DNA of 63,547 nucleotides, the filler included, from Hyphochytrium catenoides (taxonomy: Eukaryota; Protista; Hyphochytriomycota), in the NCBI GenBank assembly GCA_900088475.1. It is 9 parts of 9 records of this genome, joined end to end, with 100 filler letters (N's around TTAATTAATTAA, not from the genome) between each part and the next. Parts side by side here need not be neighbours in the genome. Positions count along the whole stretch, not along the records: positions 44,566 to 52,992 come from FLMG01003218.1; positions 53,093 to 62,253 come from FLMG01004080.1; 7 more parts are not named here. One strand, written 5' to 3'. Of this stretch, positions 46,219 to 59,451 are shown in pieces. The first letter of the stretch is position 1. Each line of letters opens with the position of its first letter. A program made the translations under genes and the position numbers. The notes under the pieces are model-generated. The model was not told where the DNA came from. It was given only the letters and a program-made list of their open reading frames with translations, and did no database searches.

Positions 46219-49200
46219 CTACCACGCCAGCAGGTTTCGGACTGGCCCTCGCTGGTCGGGCGGTGTGTTCCTAGTATAGTATTTGTTCACCTCATTGTAC
46301 AGCCATAGGAGTGCGCCCACGCAGACCGCCACCACCCAGGGCACGTAGCCTATCGTACCTGACCCCATGATCTCCTGTAGGAAGGGCACGTACACTAATA
46401 TGATAACAAGGCACGTCTCAATGATAACGCCGTAAAACATCACCACGTTCCCAAAGCCATGCTTTAGAAAGGACACGCGGCGGGTCTTGCACATCCAGAT
46501 ATGAGCAGCTTGGCTCATGACGAGAGTAATATACCAGGATGATGTGGCCTGTCCTAAGATAGTCATCTGCTCCTCAGCGTCGAAGCACCGTCCGGAAGAA
46601 ATGCAGAACTTCTCAGCCTTAGGATGCCAATAGTCGTCCGAGCCAACGAGCTCATTGATTGGAATATCGTGGGCCCAGAATGCGAAGCAGTAGGATAGGA
46701 AACAGCCGAGGCCCTCGATGACACCGGCGACCATATACGCGTAGAACAAAAGAGACCACGAGACAAGGCGGTCCCTCTTAGGATCGCGAGGAGGACGCTT
46801 CATGATGTCTCTCTCCGGTCTCTCATACGCGATGGAAATGGCGGGGGCCAGTTCAGTCCCTAGGTCAATGGAAAGGATCTGAAGAGCAGTCAGGCCGTAA
46901 GGCATCCCTGCAGCGAGATGGATGACAACCGGAAGAATCTCTCCCCAGAGATGGGCTAAAGTGTAAGCAACTGTCTTCTTCAGGTTGTCATACATGAGGC
47001 GGCCCTGCTCAACACCCCAGACGATGGAGGAAAAGTTGTCATCTACTAAGACGATATCGGCTGACTCTCTAGCCACTTCGCTGCCATTTCTTCCCATAGC
47101 TACACCGACATCTGCCTGCTTCAATGCCGGGGCGTCGTTGACGCCGTCCCCTGTCACGGCCACAGTCTCACCGCGAGCCTGGCACTGCTCAACAATTTTC
47201 AGCTTGTGCTGCGGAGTGGTCCTGGCAAAGACAACAGCCTTCTTGGACAAAACGTCATCCCATTCAGCCTGGGAGAGGCCATCCACGCGAGCGCCATGCA
47301 CCACGGCACCATTGAAGCTCTTCCCACTTTCTCTCTCAGCCTGCTCCTGCGCTGGATTGCCTCCCTCCAGGAGCTCCATGATATTTCCATCGTCTAAAAG
47401 GCCAATCTGCTGCGCAATAGCCTTAGCTGTGATGGGATGGTCCCCAGTCACCATAAAAACCTTGATGCCAGCTTGGTGACAGGATTTAATGGCTGCAGGT
47501 ACATTGTCCCGTGGTGGATCCATAATGGCCACAAGCCCTACAAAGCACAACCCCTCAGTTGGAAAGTTGTTGCTGTCAGCAGAGAACTTGGCGTCCTTTG
47601 CACTGTCAAACTCGCACTGTGCAAGGGCGAGAACACGTCTCCCTTCACTGCCGAACCGCTCATAAGCTATCTTGAAATGGTCTTGGAATGCAGGGCTAAT
47701 GGGCTGCTGAGACGCATCATGATCGAGGAAAGAGGTACAACGGCGGAGTATGACCTCAGGTGCACCTTTCATGATGATCTGGAGCCTTTGAGTCTCTCCT
47801 GCTGCCCCGATCTCGGGGCCAGAAGCAGGGGCTTGAGAGGTTTCCGGTGTAGGAGGTGCTAGAGTGATAATCAGTTGCCACTTGTTCATAGAGTTGAAAG
47901 GGATCTCGAAGAGGACGGGCATCTTCTCTCTCGTATACTCCACAGAGTATTGCAGCTCAGCAAAGGTAATGAGAGCCACATCCGAGGGGTTACCCGTGAA
48001 CTCTTGCTTTCGGTCTGCAGCCAGAGGCAGCACTTGACTCTTCTCAGTACCTGCCGGGGTCATAGCCTTAGGCTCTGCACGATTGCAGAGGCAGGCTGCA
48101 CGATAGAGGGCGGCTGCTGGGCCCTTGTTTCTTAAAAAGTCAATGGGTTCGCCGCCATGGTTGAGCCTCACATGCTCGCTCAGCCTCTCAGTGTCGCGTC
48201 TTTCAACAAACTCGTTAGCGTACCTAGGAGTGAACGGAGGAGAAGGAAATACGTAAGCGATCCATCAATCACCCACTTGGCGTCGGAGAAAGATACTCCG
48301 CCAATATCGCAAATGCAGACCGATGGTTAGCGCTAGGAGTTAGGCCACAGGCAAGACTTGAGCGGGTAGAGAACAACCAGAGAGAAGATTACCAGCAAGG
48401 AAAGAGAGGTAAGAGAAGAATGACATCGCATATGATGACGAAGGTGATGACTCTAGAAGAAGGTTGTCAAAGCACGTCAAGCCTTAAAGCGCTTGAGTTT
48501 GGAATAATCCCAACGTCCGCGTACCATAAATTTGTCAAGGTCATCTTATTCTGTGTCAGTGTGCCTGTCTTATCCGTTGCAATCAGCGTTGTGGAACCAA
48601 GAGTCTCTACGCAACCCAGGCGCTTAACGTAGACATTATTCCGAGCCATTCTCCGCGCTGTGATGGTCATGATAGACGTGACAGTGGCAGGAAGACCCTG
48701 CGGTACATTGGCGATGATGATAACGAGGAAGCCTGTGATGAAGACAGAGAGTATATGCTCCTCTCCCATCCTTACCACACCAAGGGTGAAGAAGGTAACC
48801 GCCATAGTGAGAGCTAAGACCGCTACAAATCGGACAAAAGAGGTGACCTCTCTTTGAAGATTTGACTCCCTTCTGTGAGTCGAACTGGCCAGTGCCGCGA
48901 TCTTGCCAATCATCGTCTTGTCTCCAGTGCTGATGACCAGACCCAAAGCGGCACCATCAAAGCACAGAGAACCGTTGAAAGCAAGGTTCTTGCATTCTAA
49001 AACTGGAGTGTCGGGCTGTTGAGGAGAGTCTGTCAGCTGAATGGGCTCTGGCTCCCCAGTCAGGGAAGAGCATTCTGCCTTAAGACCCATGCAACAAATA
49101 AGCCGAAGGTCAGCAGGAACTTTGTCACCATTCCTCACCCAGACGAGGTCTCCAACAACCAGCTCTGATGCCGGAAGGACGAGAGATTGACCATTTCTTA

Positions 49201-49768
49201 TGGCGTTGCAGGAGGGAGGAAGCATATTCTTGAAGGTATCCATCACTTTTCCAGTTGATCGCTCCTGCCAGTATGACATCGTACCATTCAGAATCATAAC
49301 TCCATATAGCACGAGTGCTACATAGAGATTAAGGGGGATAGTTTGATCTAAGAAGTAGGTGACAAGACTAAGGAGCCCCGCTACGTTTAGAAGGACCATA
49401 AAGAGATCCAAGAACTGCGATAGGAAGACCAGGATCTCAGGCTTCTTTTTAGGCGGCGTGAGACAGTTTTTTCCATGCAGCACTTGTCTCTTCTCAACTT
49501 CCTCTATTGAGAGGCCAGCGCTTTCTTCGGGAGAAGGCACATTGATCCGGCTTTCTGAGTACCGGTCTGCTATCTCTTTAAGAGTCAAGTACGGCTCTGC
49601 TACAGTCGCAGGGGCGACTAGGGGCTTTTCTTTCTTGGTGGGAGAAGCTAGAGAGAGCATGGTGCCAGACTTCTCCTTAGGCGCGGCTCTTGGGGGGCAG
49701 AACTCTAACGTAGGCATCTCATTTTGCTGCTGCTCCTGAGGTTCATCACGCGCGGAGGAAGTGGTCAT
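46219..49768 (-). CDS. Atypical P2C (Na,K/H,K-ATPase alpha-like) P-type ATPase, two exons (intron 48224-48524)
   Basis: GKNCLTPPKK, LVVGDLV..GDKVPADLR, SSLTGEPEP, IIIANVPQGLPATVT, CVETLGS..DKTGTLTQNKM, FEIPFNSMNKWQL, MKGAPE, DPPR, MVTGDHPITAKAIA, FARTTPQHK, TGDGVNDAPALKQADVGVAMG, DDNFSSIV.GVEQGRLMYDNLKK, IDLGTELAPAISIAYE..E.DIMKRPPR. Confidence 0.96.
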
Positions 49769-52700
49769 CCTTCCCGTTAACCACAGCCAGAACGCCTTTT
49801 GCCGCGTAAGAAGCTCGGGCAATGTCCTGGGTATGAGGTTGCAGGTCACCCAAGACTAATTTCAGATGTGATAGAAATGGTTGAGCTTGCCGCTCTGAGC
49901 TTTGTAAGGCAATGGAGACTGAGATCTAGAACATATGAAGGGTATTACCCTAACCCTAACCGTACACACTAAGAGGTGCGGTGCTCACGCCATTGGAGAC
50001 TCAAGAGATGAAAGAGAAGCTAGAAGTAAAGCTAAACCGGGGCTCCGGAGAAGCATTAACTGGTTCAATGGTTAGAGTATAACTGAGGGTGAGAAATGAC
50101 AGCGCACGATAGAAACAACTGCACACAGAGAGACGGTACGACTGAGACCGCTTCTCTGACCTCACGCTAAGACTCTTAGAAGCCCGTCTTGGCGCAGCTT
50201 TGGCAACGGATAGAGCGTCCAAAGGCGCCGGCAGCGAGAGGAGCGAGCTTTCCTAAGGTGAATCCTCCGTTCTTCCCTGGCCCAGCACTGCCGTTATCCT
50301 TTGCAAAAGGAGGTCGCTTGTAACGGAAATAGTTTTCATAACTTCCTCAGAAAGAATGAACGTCGTTTCTTTCGGAAAAGAAGTATATGTTAAGGACCCT
50401 GTAATATGTTCCTTTCGTTTTTGCTGGAATATTCGCCTCCTGAAAGGTCAGATGCCTTCACCCTTCCCTTCCCTTCCCTTCTCCAGGTTTATTAGTACAT
50501 TGGTTGGACAGACAGTGAGGAAGAGCAGCAGGAAGGAAAGAGACCAGGAAGCTGAGCTAATCAGCCAAGGCGACGCGAGCTAGCTCCAAGTCCTGTTGAT
50601 GGTCCTCGTCAGCCCTTCAAAGAGTTGAGGAAACAATCAAGAGCGAAACAGCCCCACCCCACTGAGCGAGCTGGCCGTACCGAGCTAAGCTGAGTCACCT
50701 GAATCTAAGCCAAACCAAACAGCAGGACTGTCCTTGCCTTGCTAGAGGTGGAGGACTTGGACTAATGAGTGGAGGAGGAAACTATTGCCAAGCCTGTACT
50801 CACTTGTTCTTGTACTGGAATGACGGGTGCTTGGCTATTCTTATCGAGAGGATATATTCCTCATCGCTGGTTAGAGCCTATCAGCTGTGAGATGCAAGAG
50901 TGATGGCAACTACCACGTGATGATGGGACACTCCTTTTTTAGGTACTATAAAGCATCAAGGCCGTGGTTACTTAGGCTTCTTGTGTACTGTATCTACTGA
51001 GCACATCCCCATCAGCGACCGAGCAACGATCCCGCTGGAAAGATTCACTCGATGGGAGGTTACGTCTTCATTCTGTTTATATCATAATGAGCACGGTAGA
51101 TCTGATAGGCAGTTATACTTCTTCCAACAACCCCCACAAGAAGGAGCAGAGCGCCGGGAAGGAAAGTAGTCTAAAGCTGAGCGACATCATGCAGCGGGAC
51201 GGAGACACGAATGGCAATTACTCAGTAGCAGTCAAGTCATCTCACGCCATAGTTATCACGAGAGAAGCCTCCTTTCCTCCTGTAGCAACAATCATGCCTC
51301 AATCGACTGGTGAATAAAAGTCAGAGACTTCTCGCTGCTGAGCAACAATCTATTCTCATTCTTCGAGCGGTAGACAACGCCAAAGCTGGCGAACTAGCAA
51401 GAGGATTAACGAGATTTCGCATGCATCTAAGTAACCATCCATTCAAGGAGGCCGCTTCTCGCTGGAGGATGCTTTTTGTTTTACTACTATCCTTTTGCCT
51501 CAGTTATTCGTGAGAGGCGCTTGGGGAGATATAAGGAGTGACTGCTAATGGGAAGAATGCTAGCAGACAGACCCAATACATTCAGGTGCCTCACATCATT
51601 GAATTTAGTCTTCAGTGTGACAGAACTGGTAAGGGCAGAGAAGAGGAAACCTTGATAGTGGACGTTGAAGCTTTACGAGTGCTCCTTAACCTTCTAACTC
51701 TCGAAGATGAGGATCATGAGGTCCAGTCTGTGGACACTTCAATCTACATCATGAAAGATGACAATAACCGGTTCTTGTTGGTTCCTTTGCGCATGTCTCT
51801 GTGGACGCCAGTATAACACGCTTAAGTTATCATGGAGTTAGACAATAGCCTTGGCTGTCAGATATTCGGAAGAGCAACTTAATTCTTAACATGCAAATCC
51901 AAGAGGCTGTCAAGCAATCAGCATATATCACAAGTGTGAACTGGTTGCTTCGCAATGGCTTCTCTCAGGACAGTCTGAACCCAAATCAGGTACTACTTTC
52001 ATCGAGGAACTGTCCAATCCTCTGAACTTTATTCGACCTCCCGGATGTGATTGATGCCCCACTAACTGAGGCTCTATTATCTGGCAGAGGCTTGCGTCAA
52101 ATTTTCACAGATAGAGATGTGGAGGTCGTGGCTTCAGCTCACAGCTCGCAGGGACAAAGTGCTAAGCCCTTTTCGCTTTCGGTCTCTTAGACTGAGAAAA
52201 TTCTGCAGGGCCTCTTCCCTCAATCGCTTCAAGCAAATGATGTCATGAAGCCGTTCTCTCGATCTCTTATGGAGGTAAGGCCTCTCATAGGTCCAATGAA
52301 TCCTTGCAATACACCGTGATACGAAGAAATTTGGATTCTGACAAGTTGGTTGGTCATGGAGAGACACGCAACTCATCCTGAAGATTGAACAAGAGCAGCG
52401 GACGGTGGGCTATTAAGCTGAGGCAGCACGAGCGGAACTTGGCCCTCTATTATGGTGCAGCAAACCATTAATGGAGATATCCTCACACTGATGAAAGGAG
52501 AAGATGAGAAGATGCAATAAGTAGTAGAACTCCGCCTCTTTGTCTTTACCAATCTGGAGGATTGTTGTTCACGGCCAACTTGCATGATCGACCAGGTCTT
52601 CAGCAGAAGTGTCAAAATTAGAGAGGAGTTGAGAGGAGGCAAATAAAGTTGCTGAAGAGGAGGTTGTTCCACTGCTGATGAGAGCAGATCCTAACCCGTA

Positions 52701-53184
52701 AGAAGCTGATTCACCACCCAGTGAAGAAGGTTGCTGCTTGATAAGCTGAAGCAGCAAGCCATTCACACGTTATCCACACCCCCTTAATAATGATATGCAC
52801 CATCAAGCCTCATCTATGATGCCGCTTGCATTTGTTTTCTCGTTGTGTATGGTGGTAGATGGTCTCTCCTCCTCCTGCACTCGCCCACCACCACATAAGA
52901 CACATCACTATCACGCTTCCTGAGACAGCCCCTGTTTGGATTGCTGCTGCTGGTACGAGTAGCGTGGTGATGCTACTGCTAATCATCATCGTNNNNNNNN
53001 NNNNNNNNNNNNNNNNNNNNNNNNNNNNNNNNNNNNTTAATTAATTAANNNNNNNNNNNNNNNNNNNNNNNNNNNNNNNNNNNNNNNNNNNNACGGGAGA
53101 GCATTGTCACAGGTGTAGGGGTTCATTGCACTACGATACGGTCAGGACAGGGCGAATACGAATTGTAAGCCACCAAAGTAGCCA

Positions 53185-56100
53185 CCTGTAACGCAAGGAG
53201 ACAGAGAAATCCCTCGTGGACTCTTTGTCTAGCGTTCCATGGTCCAGAGCTGAAGGGTGCTACTGGTTCCGCTAGGGCTGAGGATGAGGATTGCCAGAGT
53301 CCTTCCTTGGGAGATGCTGAGGGAGAAGGAGGAGAGTCTGTTGTCTCCTCTGGCTTGCCAATAGAAAGGATCGCTCGTGGCCTACATCAGAGGCTTAGCT
53401 GCAAGCACGCTCCAACTCTTTGTCTGGCTGCACCTGCAATTGAATCCACCAGAACCCTTCCAACTACTTAGGTTCCTCTTGGCACCATTTTTGTTAGCCC
53501 TCCGGAGACGCTGGAGTGGAGTCCTATGACCCCGTCTCTACAGTGTCTCATCGCAAAAGGAACCTCTGCCGCCTGAGGTATGATTTGCTACCTCCCTTAC
53601 ATCTTCCCCTGTTAGGGATCGTTGAGTCCTACCTGTCCACTTTGCTCTTCTCATGCTTGCCTAACACCTGGTTGGTTGAGATCCAGTGCTTCACCTAGGT
53701 GGAAGCCATAGCAGTCGACAGTAATATGGGTGACATTGTCAAGTCAGAAGCGTAAGTGCTCAGTACCTTCTCTTGCTTCTCCTTTTCTTCATAGTCCACA
53801 GTCTTCACATGTGTGAGCTGCCAGGATGGGAGCGGGACTGGAACGTTGGAGAAAGGTGCCACTCGTTTTGCTCGTTTCTTAAAACAGAAACAGTTTAGAC
53901 GACATAAACAAGTCACTCCGCTCCACTGTCTTCGAACTCTTTAATCTACATGTAGGGCCAACAAGTATCTCCAGAGCCTCCTCCATGCCTAAACCCGTCT
54001 CTCTTGCGGAACTCTGGGCCTATAGCGCTTGAAGGTCATCACCATACCAGACCTCACTCTCTCACTCTAGCGCTCGTCTTTTCTTCTTCTGTGTCTTCTC
54101 TTCCTTGTCATTATCTCTCTCTCTCTCGCTCTTCCCTTTCCTCTTTTTTCTTTATGAAAAGCATATCAGCCAAGGTACCTGCGCCATCATGTGGCAGTAA
54201 TAGTCATCACTGAAAGGATCTGAGAGGTTGACTTGTTTGAGCTGCTGCTGCACCACGAATTGAATATCGCGTTCGGTCATCATCTGGAAACGTGGCCGAG
54301 GGGGCGGAGGGCGGAAAAATTGACCCGGGTAGGGCCCACGCGGTCCTGCGGATGGAAAGGGCAACCAGGGGTTATCTCAGGGGCGACGCAGAAAAATTCG
54401 CATAGTAAAACGAAGAATGAGGCACTTGGAGGACCCAACAGGACGAAGGTCCATGGTTGCTCAATGCAATGTTGAGGACAAGACAGCTGACTGTTTATGC
54501 AATGTAGAGGCAGTAGGTTATTTTCAGAGGAACCAATACACATTCCGACTCAGCACAAAGAAGGGTCTACAGGGGCCGCATCCAGAAGTACTACGGACCT
54601 CGGGGCGCAAAAGGCATGCGAGGATAGGGCATTGGACCTGGGCATTTCAACCGGAAAAGGAGAGACCCCATTAGCACTAAAGAGGGGACGATGTGCCAGT
54701 AATAAGGACTAAAGCAAGACGAGCCAAGAACGTCCATGCAAGCTGAGGACTACTCAGAACTATGAGGTTAGAGAGACCAACCGTGTCCGGGTCCAGGTGG
54801 TGGAAACGGCATCCCTCTAGGATAGGGGAATGGCGGCCTGAACCCCCGTGGTGGGGGTGGAAGAAGTCCACCAGGTCCCACTCCAGGCGGCGGGGCTCCT
54901 ATAGAGGTAAGTCTCTACGTTATTCTTCGGTGGCCAAGTCTTAGGACACTAATTACAAGACAGGAAGTGGAATAAACAAGGCTACTTGCTGGGCGAGGGA
55001 CGGTACACAACGCGTTGAGGAAGTGGAGGCCGGAGAAAGAGGTTGAAGAGAGACCCCCGCTGTCACGGTAGACGATTTCATTGTATCGCACCTCGTAAAT
55101 GGTGAGCATATGGCGGGTAAGGTGGTCCACGTGGCGCGTTTGGCTGCTCGTGTCTGCGATGTGAGGGAGACTGTATGTGCTGAGTAGGACAAGAGAGTAG
55201 GGATAAGGAGGTATAGGTGAGCGGTGTCTAACGGTTTTTTGGAAAACGCAATTGGGTTTCCCGTAGCGCCACGTTGGATGGCTCTCTCGGACCTGTTGTT
55301 GCCCTGGGTGAAGAGTCTGAGGTCCTTGAGGTTCTGACCGGGCCGCAGCCTTGGTCAACATCCTAACAAGTGGAAGAAAAAGCAAGTGAATGGTGAAGTG
55401 GGGCTTTCAGGTGGGAAGTCTAGGCAGTCTGCAAGTACTTGAGGGCACGGATGTCCAGAAAAGAGATAGACGGAAAAGTTCAGTACCGTGCTTCAAGGTC
55501 TTCGACAGTCATCATCTTTGGTGCAGCCGATCTAGGGGTAGGAGCCGTTGCACGTTGGATGCCGTGTGCTGGGCTGCCTCCCTTAGGAGTATTAGCAGCT
55601 AAATTCAAAGGACACCATACGACAGAAGAGCAGAGGACACACAGAGCACGTTCAATGACTTTTCGGGTTGCAATTCCCCGATGGGAACCAGGGGCGGCTA
55701 GAGTCATCTTTCAATCCCCCAATCTTGCCTTCTGTTACCCTTGGTCTTACCGATGGATTCGTCGTCGTCCAGCCTCAGGCCATACACAAGATCACTCTCG
55801 CTGATGTCGAAGATTGAGCTTGTCTCGCTCTCCAGATCAAATCTTTTGAAGAAAAGGGTCAACAACGACAAACCAGCAAGACGAGAAGCGGGCGAGAAGT
55901 TATAAAAGAATAAAATGCAAATACTGCCATATGTATGCTTTTCAATAGCCCTGTCCCATCGCAACCCCATTTTATCCTCACCCAAGATTGGTGTCAGCGG
56001 CTTCATAGCCCGCTAGTCCCAAGCCCAACCCCATGCCACTGAAGCTTGTCGACCATCCTGTTTAGTGCGTAAAGAGAGGGTCCAATTCCCACCAGGAACC

Positions 56101-57507
56101 ACATAAGCCAATAGAGCGTGATCAGAAATAGAAGAGAGCGGCTGGTAGCATTGACCGAAGTTTGGATGTTCCGTCTAGACAGCAGTTTTATGGGTAAAGA
56201 GTGGAGAGCAGCAGATGGAGCTCAGGAAAAGCGGGCAAAGTGAGGGCGACAAAACTGCGAGGCCAATCGAAGGGCCAGGCTCTTGGCAAGATGTTTCAAA
56301 AAGACGACAAGCGCAAAATAGCAAACAGACGGGAGGAACAGAGGAGTAGAGGACAAGCGGAGACACCTGCGCCTCCTTTAGAGCTAATATACTGCTGCTG
56401 CAGCTTCCCTAGCTGCTCCTGGTTACGAGTCCATTCATCGTCCAGCTCGCTGGTGAAGCCTGGAGGAGCAGACACTCCGCCCATGGAGCCTCCACCAAAG
56501 CCTGGCGGAGGGGCAGACGGCTTTGCACCTTCCCACCAGAGAGACGAAGTCAAACACCAACTAGTGGGGATATGAGAACCAAGGGGAATGGCACTTGAGG
56601 TGGAGCGGCTAGCGTTAACTCATTGGAATAGGTTCCACTTCAATGACATAGAGAGGTTGAATCCTAAAGAGCAAATGGCGCACTATCTCGACAACGCTGA
56701 GAAATAAGGAGAGGTGTGTCAAGCAAGAACATCTGGTTACCGGCGCCTTGAGAATTGAAAAAGGAAGGCAGGGATCCAAGGTCCGCGCCACTGGAAGAGA
56801 GAGAGAAAGAGAGAGAATGAGTGTGAGAGGCTGAAAATGCTTTGGGCACAAGCTACCAGAGAGCGCAATAGATCAAGGACAGAGGGCTCGGACGCAGGGA
56901 AGAACAAGAGAAACTAAGAAGTATCCAGAGGCACATGTAATCTTCCAAGGCCGTCCCCTTAAACCCTAGCCCACTTTGCCCTTCCCTGGGCACGATTATT
57001 GCGTGTTTTGTCTGCATTTCCAACTTTGAACTCCAATGGAGAATGGTTAGAAAGCCAAGACTCTAGGTAATGAGCGAAGGACGCGGGATGCGACGAAGAG
57101 GAATCCTAAGAGAGCCAGAAGAGACACCACCTGGCATCGACACCAAAAGTTTCATCATTGGCTACATCCTCTGCTAGAATGTCGTGCGCCTTGAGATCCT
57201 CCAGGAGACTGGAGTACTTCTCATCACTCGGACCCTCTCCCGTGAAGAAGGCAGGGAGATTTGAGAAGTCAACCGGTCCCGAGCCTAGTAGGGTGCGGGT
57301 CGTTCGAAGACGGGTCCCGCGCGGAAGTGGCGGTTTTAGAGGAACGAAAATGCGGAAACAGGAAACAGCTAAGAGTATAAAATATCAGTAGGAAGCGCTG
57401 CACGGAAGCGCTTAGCACAAGGACAGATCGTTCATGGTTTCCGCAATGGGAAGGGAGAGGCTGGTGTTACCGAAGGTGTCGCTGTCTTCCAACCCCTTCT
57501 TGCTCAT
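53185..57507 (-). CDS. PAT1: PAT1/PATL1 mRNA decapping activator (3' end truncated by contig edge)
   Basis: Start MSKKGLEDSDTFG; N-terminal motif EDVANDETFG; Pro-rich exons; Mid-domain MMTERDIQFVVQQQLKQVNLSDPFSDDYYCHM (cf. Pat1 LMT..DK.FI...QL......DPY..DFY); LGKHEKSKVDR|PRAILSI (cf. LG....S...PR..L). Confidence 0.85.
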
Positions 57508-58371
57508 CCTGCCAGGGGGCCCCACGAAGGTTGGGGAGCGCGGGCTAACCTTGTGCTCAGTCTCTGTTCCAATGTCTCTTTTTATCTATCGAAAGCAAGC
57601 TATCCTACGCCGCTAGTCAGTCAAATGCTCTGATGCAAGCGCCTAACGCGAGAACGAGAACAGTTCGCCCTCGGACTCGGCGATCCAGATCTGCGATTAA
57701 CTAAGAGCAAGTTCTCTGTTGCTCCACTGCTGCAGCTGATCAGGGAAGAGACCTGGCGCCGCTGGCCCTGTGAGTGCAGCTCCGTCTCAGAAGTTCCTTC
57801 CTCCTCTCTCCCTCTGCCCTCTCCCCTGGTTAAAGCATGGTGAGCTGTAGATACGACACAAGGAGCAGACCAGATCTGGACATTCCACACCGCGTGTCCT
57901 GGGGGAGTACTGTGAGAGGTTGGAGGTTGATGTGAGTGTCTGTTGGTTTCTGCCCTTGAGATCTTACTCCTCTGTCTCAGTCACTCATCACCCGGCGCTG
58001 GCGCCAGCGCCCGCCTTCCTCGCCTGCGCGCTGCAGCCTTGGGCCGTCCCGGCTGCGGCGCACGACGGCCATGAGCGGCATAATAGAGGCAGTGGAAGAT
58101 AGCCGATATCTAGGTCGCAGTTGTAAGCACTCTCTAGCTCTGACAATCCGTCATCCTCTGGTGGGATGGTGGTTATCCTGTCTCACGTTAAGGGCTCGAC
58201 TGAGCTGACTCTGGCTGCTGAGCAGTCTGTATGTCACCTCTCATGTCTGGTGCTGGAAGGGGAGGGGGAGAACACACAGCTTACTTTGATGGAAGGAAAA
58301 ATTGGAGAAAGCAGTTAAGTGGCATATTGCCGTTGTTGCTTTTTACCCGTGTCTGACTGGACATACCGAAG

Positions 58372-59010
58372 GCTCAGGACACGACGGGGATCCAGTCGTT
58401 CTCATCTGCATTCAGTCACCAGAGGGCGGACCAGCGGTACGGCTTCAATAACTAGATTGCACCTCTGCTTCCCCCTCCGTCCTCCTCTAAGTAACCCTCT
58501 GTTTCGGTTTCTGCGTCTCGTCTCTTAGGTCTCTTGACCTGCCCATCGTTCTTCCTCCACAAGTTAGATCTAAGTGCAGGCGGTCTCTTGGTGTCCTTTA
58601 ATCAAAAGCACCCAGCCTCCTTGGGACCAGTCCTAACTACAGCTTTGTATCGCTGCAGCCCTCCTGTCTTAGTAACACCCGCGTGAGAGACGTTGAGCTG
58701 CTCCTGGACTTCTGTCGGGATACTTTTCCTCAGACAAAGAAAAATCCGATATTTCGGCGTGAGGATGAGGAGAGTGATGACAGCAGTGACGAGGAGGAGA
58801 AAGGAGAAGATCGAAGAGATAAAAAAAGGATGGGGGCCGGTTGTGAAGACGTTACTGATAATAGGACACATTCTCCGCGACTGATACACGCTTCCCAGAG
58901 CGCTAGGTGAGCCATAGTACACAGATGTGTCTTACTGCAGTAGGCGATGCTGGCGGTCCACCAGCGGAAGATTGAAGAAAGAGGGAGAAGGGAAGAGTTA
59001 TACAAGTTGA
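58372..59010 (+). CDS. Possible spliced gene fragment of unknown function with an acidic tract
   Basis: Frame-compatible junctions (cagcg|gtacgg..ctaactacag|c and gctag|gtgagc) give ..SHQRADQR-FVSLQPSCLSNTRVRDVELLLDFCRDTF..EDEESDDSSDEEEK. No start codon established. Confidence 0.3.
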
Positions 59011-59451
59011 GAAAGTTAGCGAGAAAAAAAGAGCCAGAGAGAGAGAGATTGTGTCTGGGATGTCACAGAGAGAGTGGTGGTGAGGGACAGCGGCGTGAGA
59101 GAGGGATAAAGAGGCCGAAGTCAGGCATAAAAGGGAGGACCAGCATCTCCACTGCTCTGGGCCTGACCAAACTTGGAATCCTGTTTGTCATACTACAGCA
59201 GAGCAGACCAAGGGAGTGAAGCTTCCCGTTCCGGCTCTTCTATTCTCACCTTTCTGGGGAACTTCAACTCTTTCGCCTCATTGTGCTCTTCGGTTTCCCT
59301 CTCTGTGTCGCTCCGGACGGCGCTCACCGCCAGTGGCTTGACTAGTGGATACAACTATATCCTTGTGCCCACACTACCGCCGAGAGAGGCAGGAGAGGGG
59401 CGGCCAAAGTCAGACCTGAATCGGCGGTTCGTGGTGGGCTACCAGCATCAG

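Noticed and set aside
13141-46221. Alternative genetic code or stop-codon readthrough
   Set aside because: PLD, DNAJB12, Vps52 and the ATPase end at TAG, and DHHC at TGA, at the expected C-termini; no in-frame stops remain in conserved exons after splicing.
50000-52992. Short ORFs upstream of the ATPase
   Set aside because: No recognisable motifs or coherent exon chain; may be intergenic or decayed sequence.
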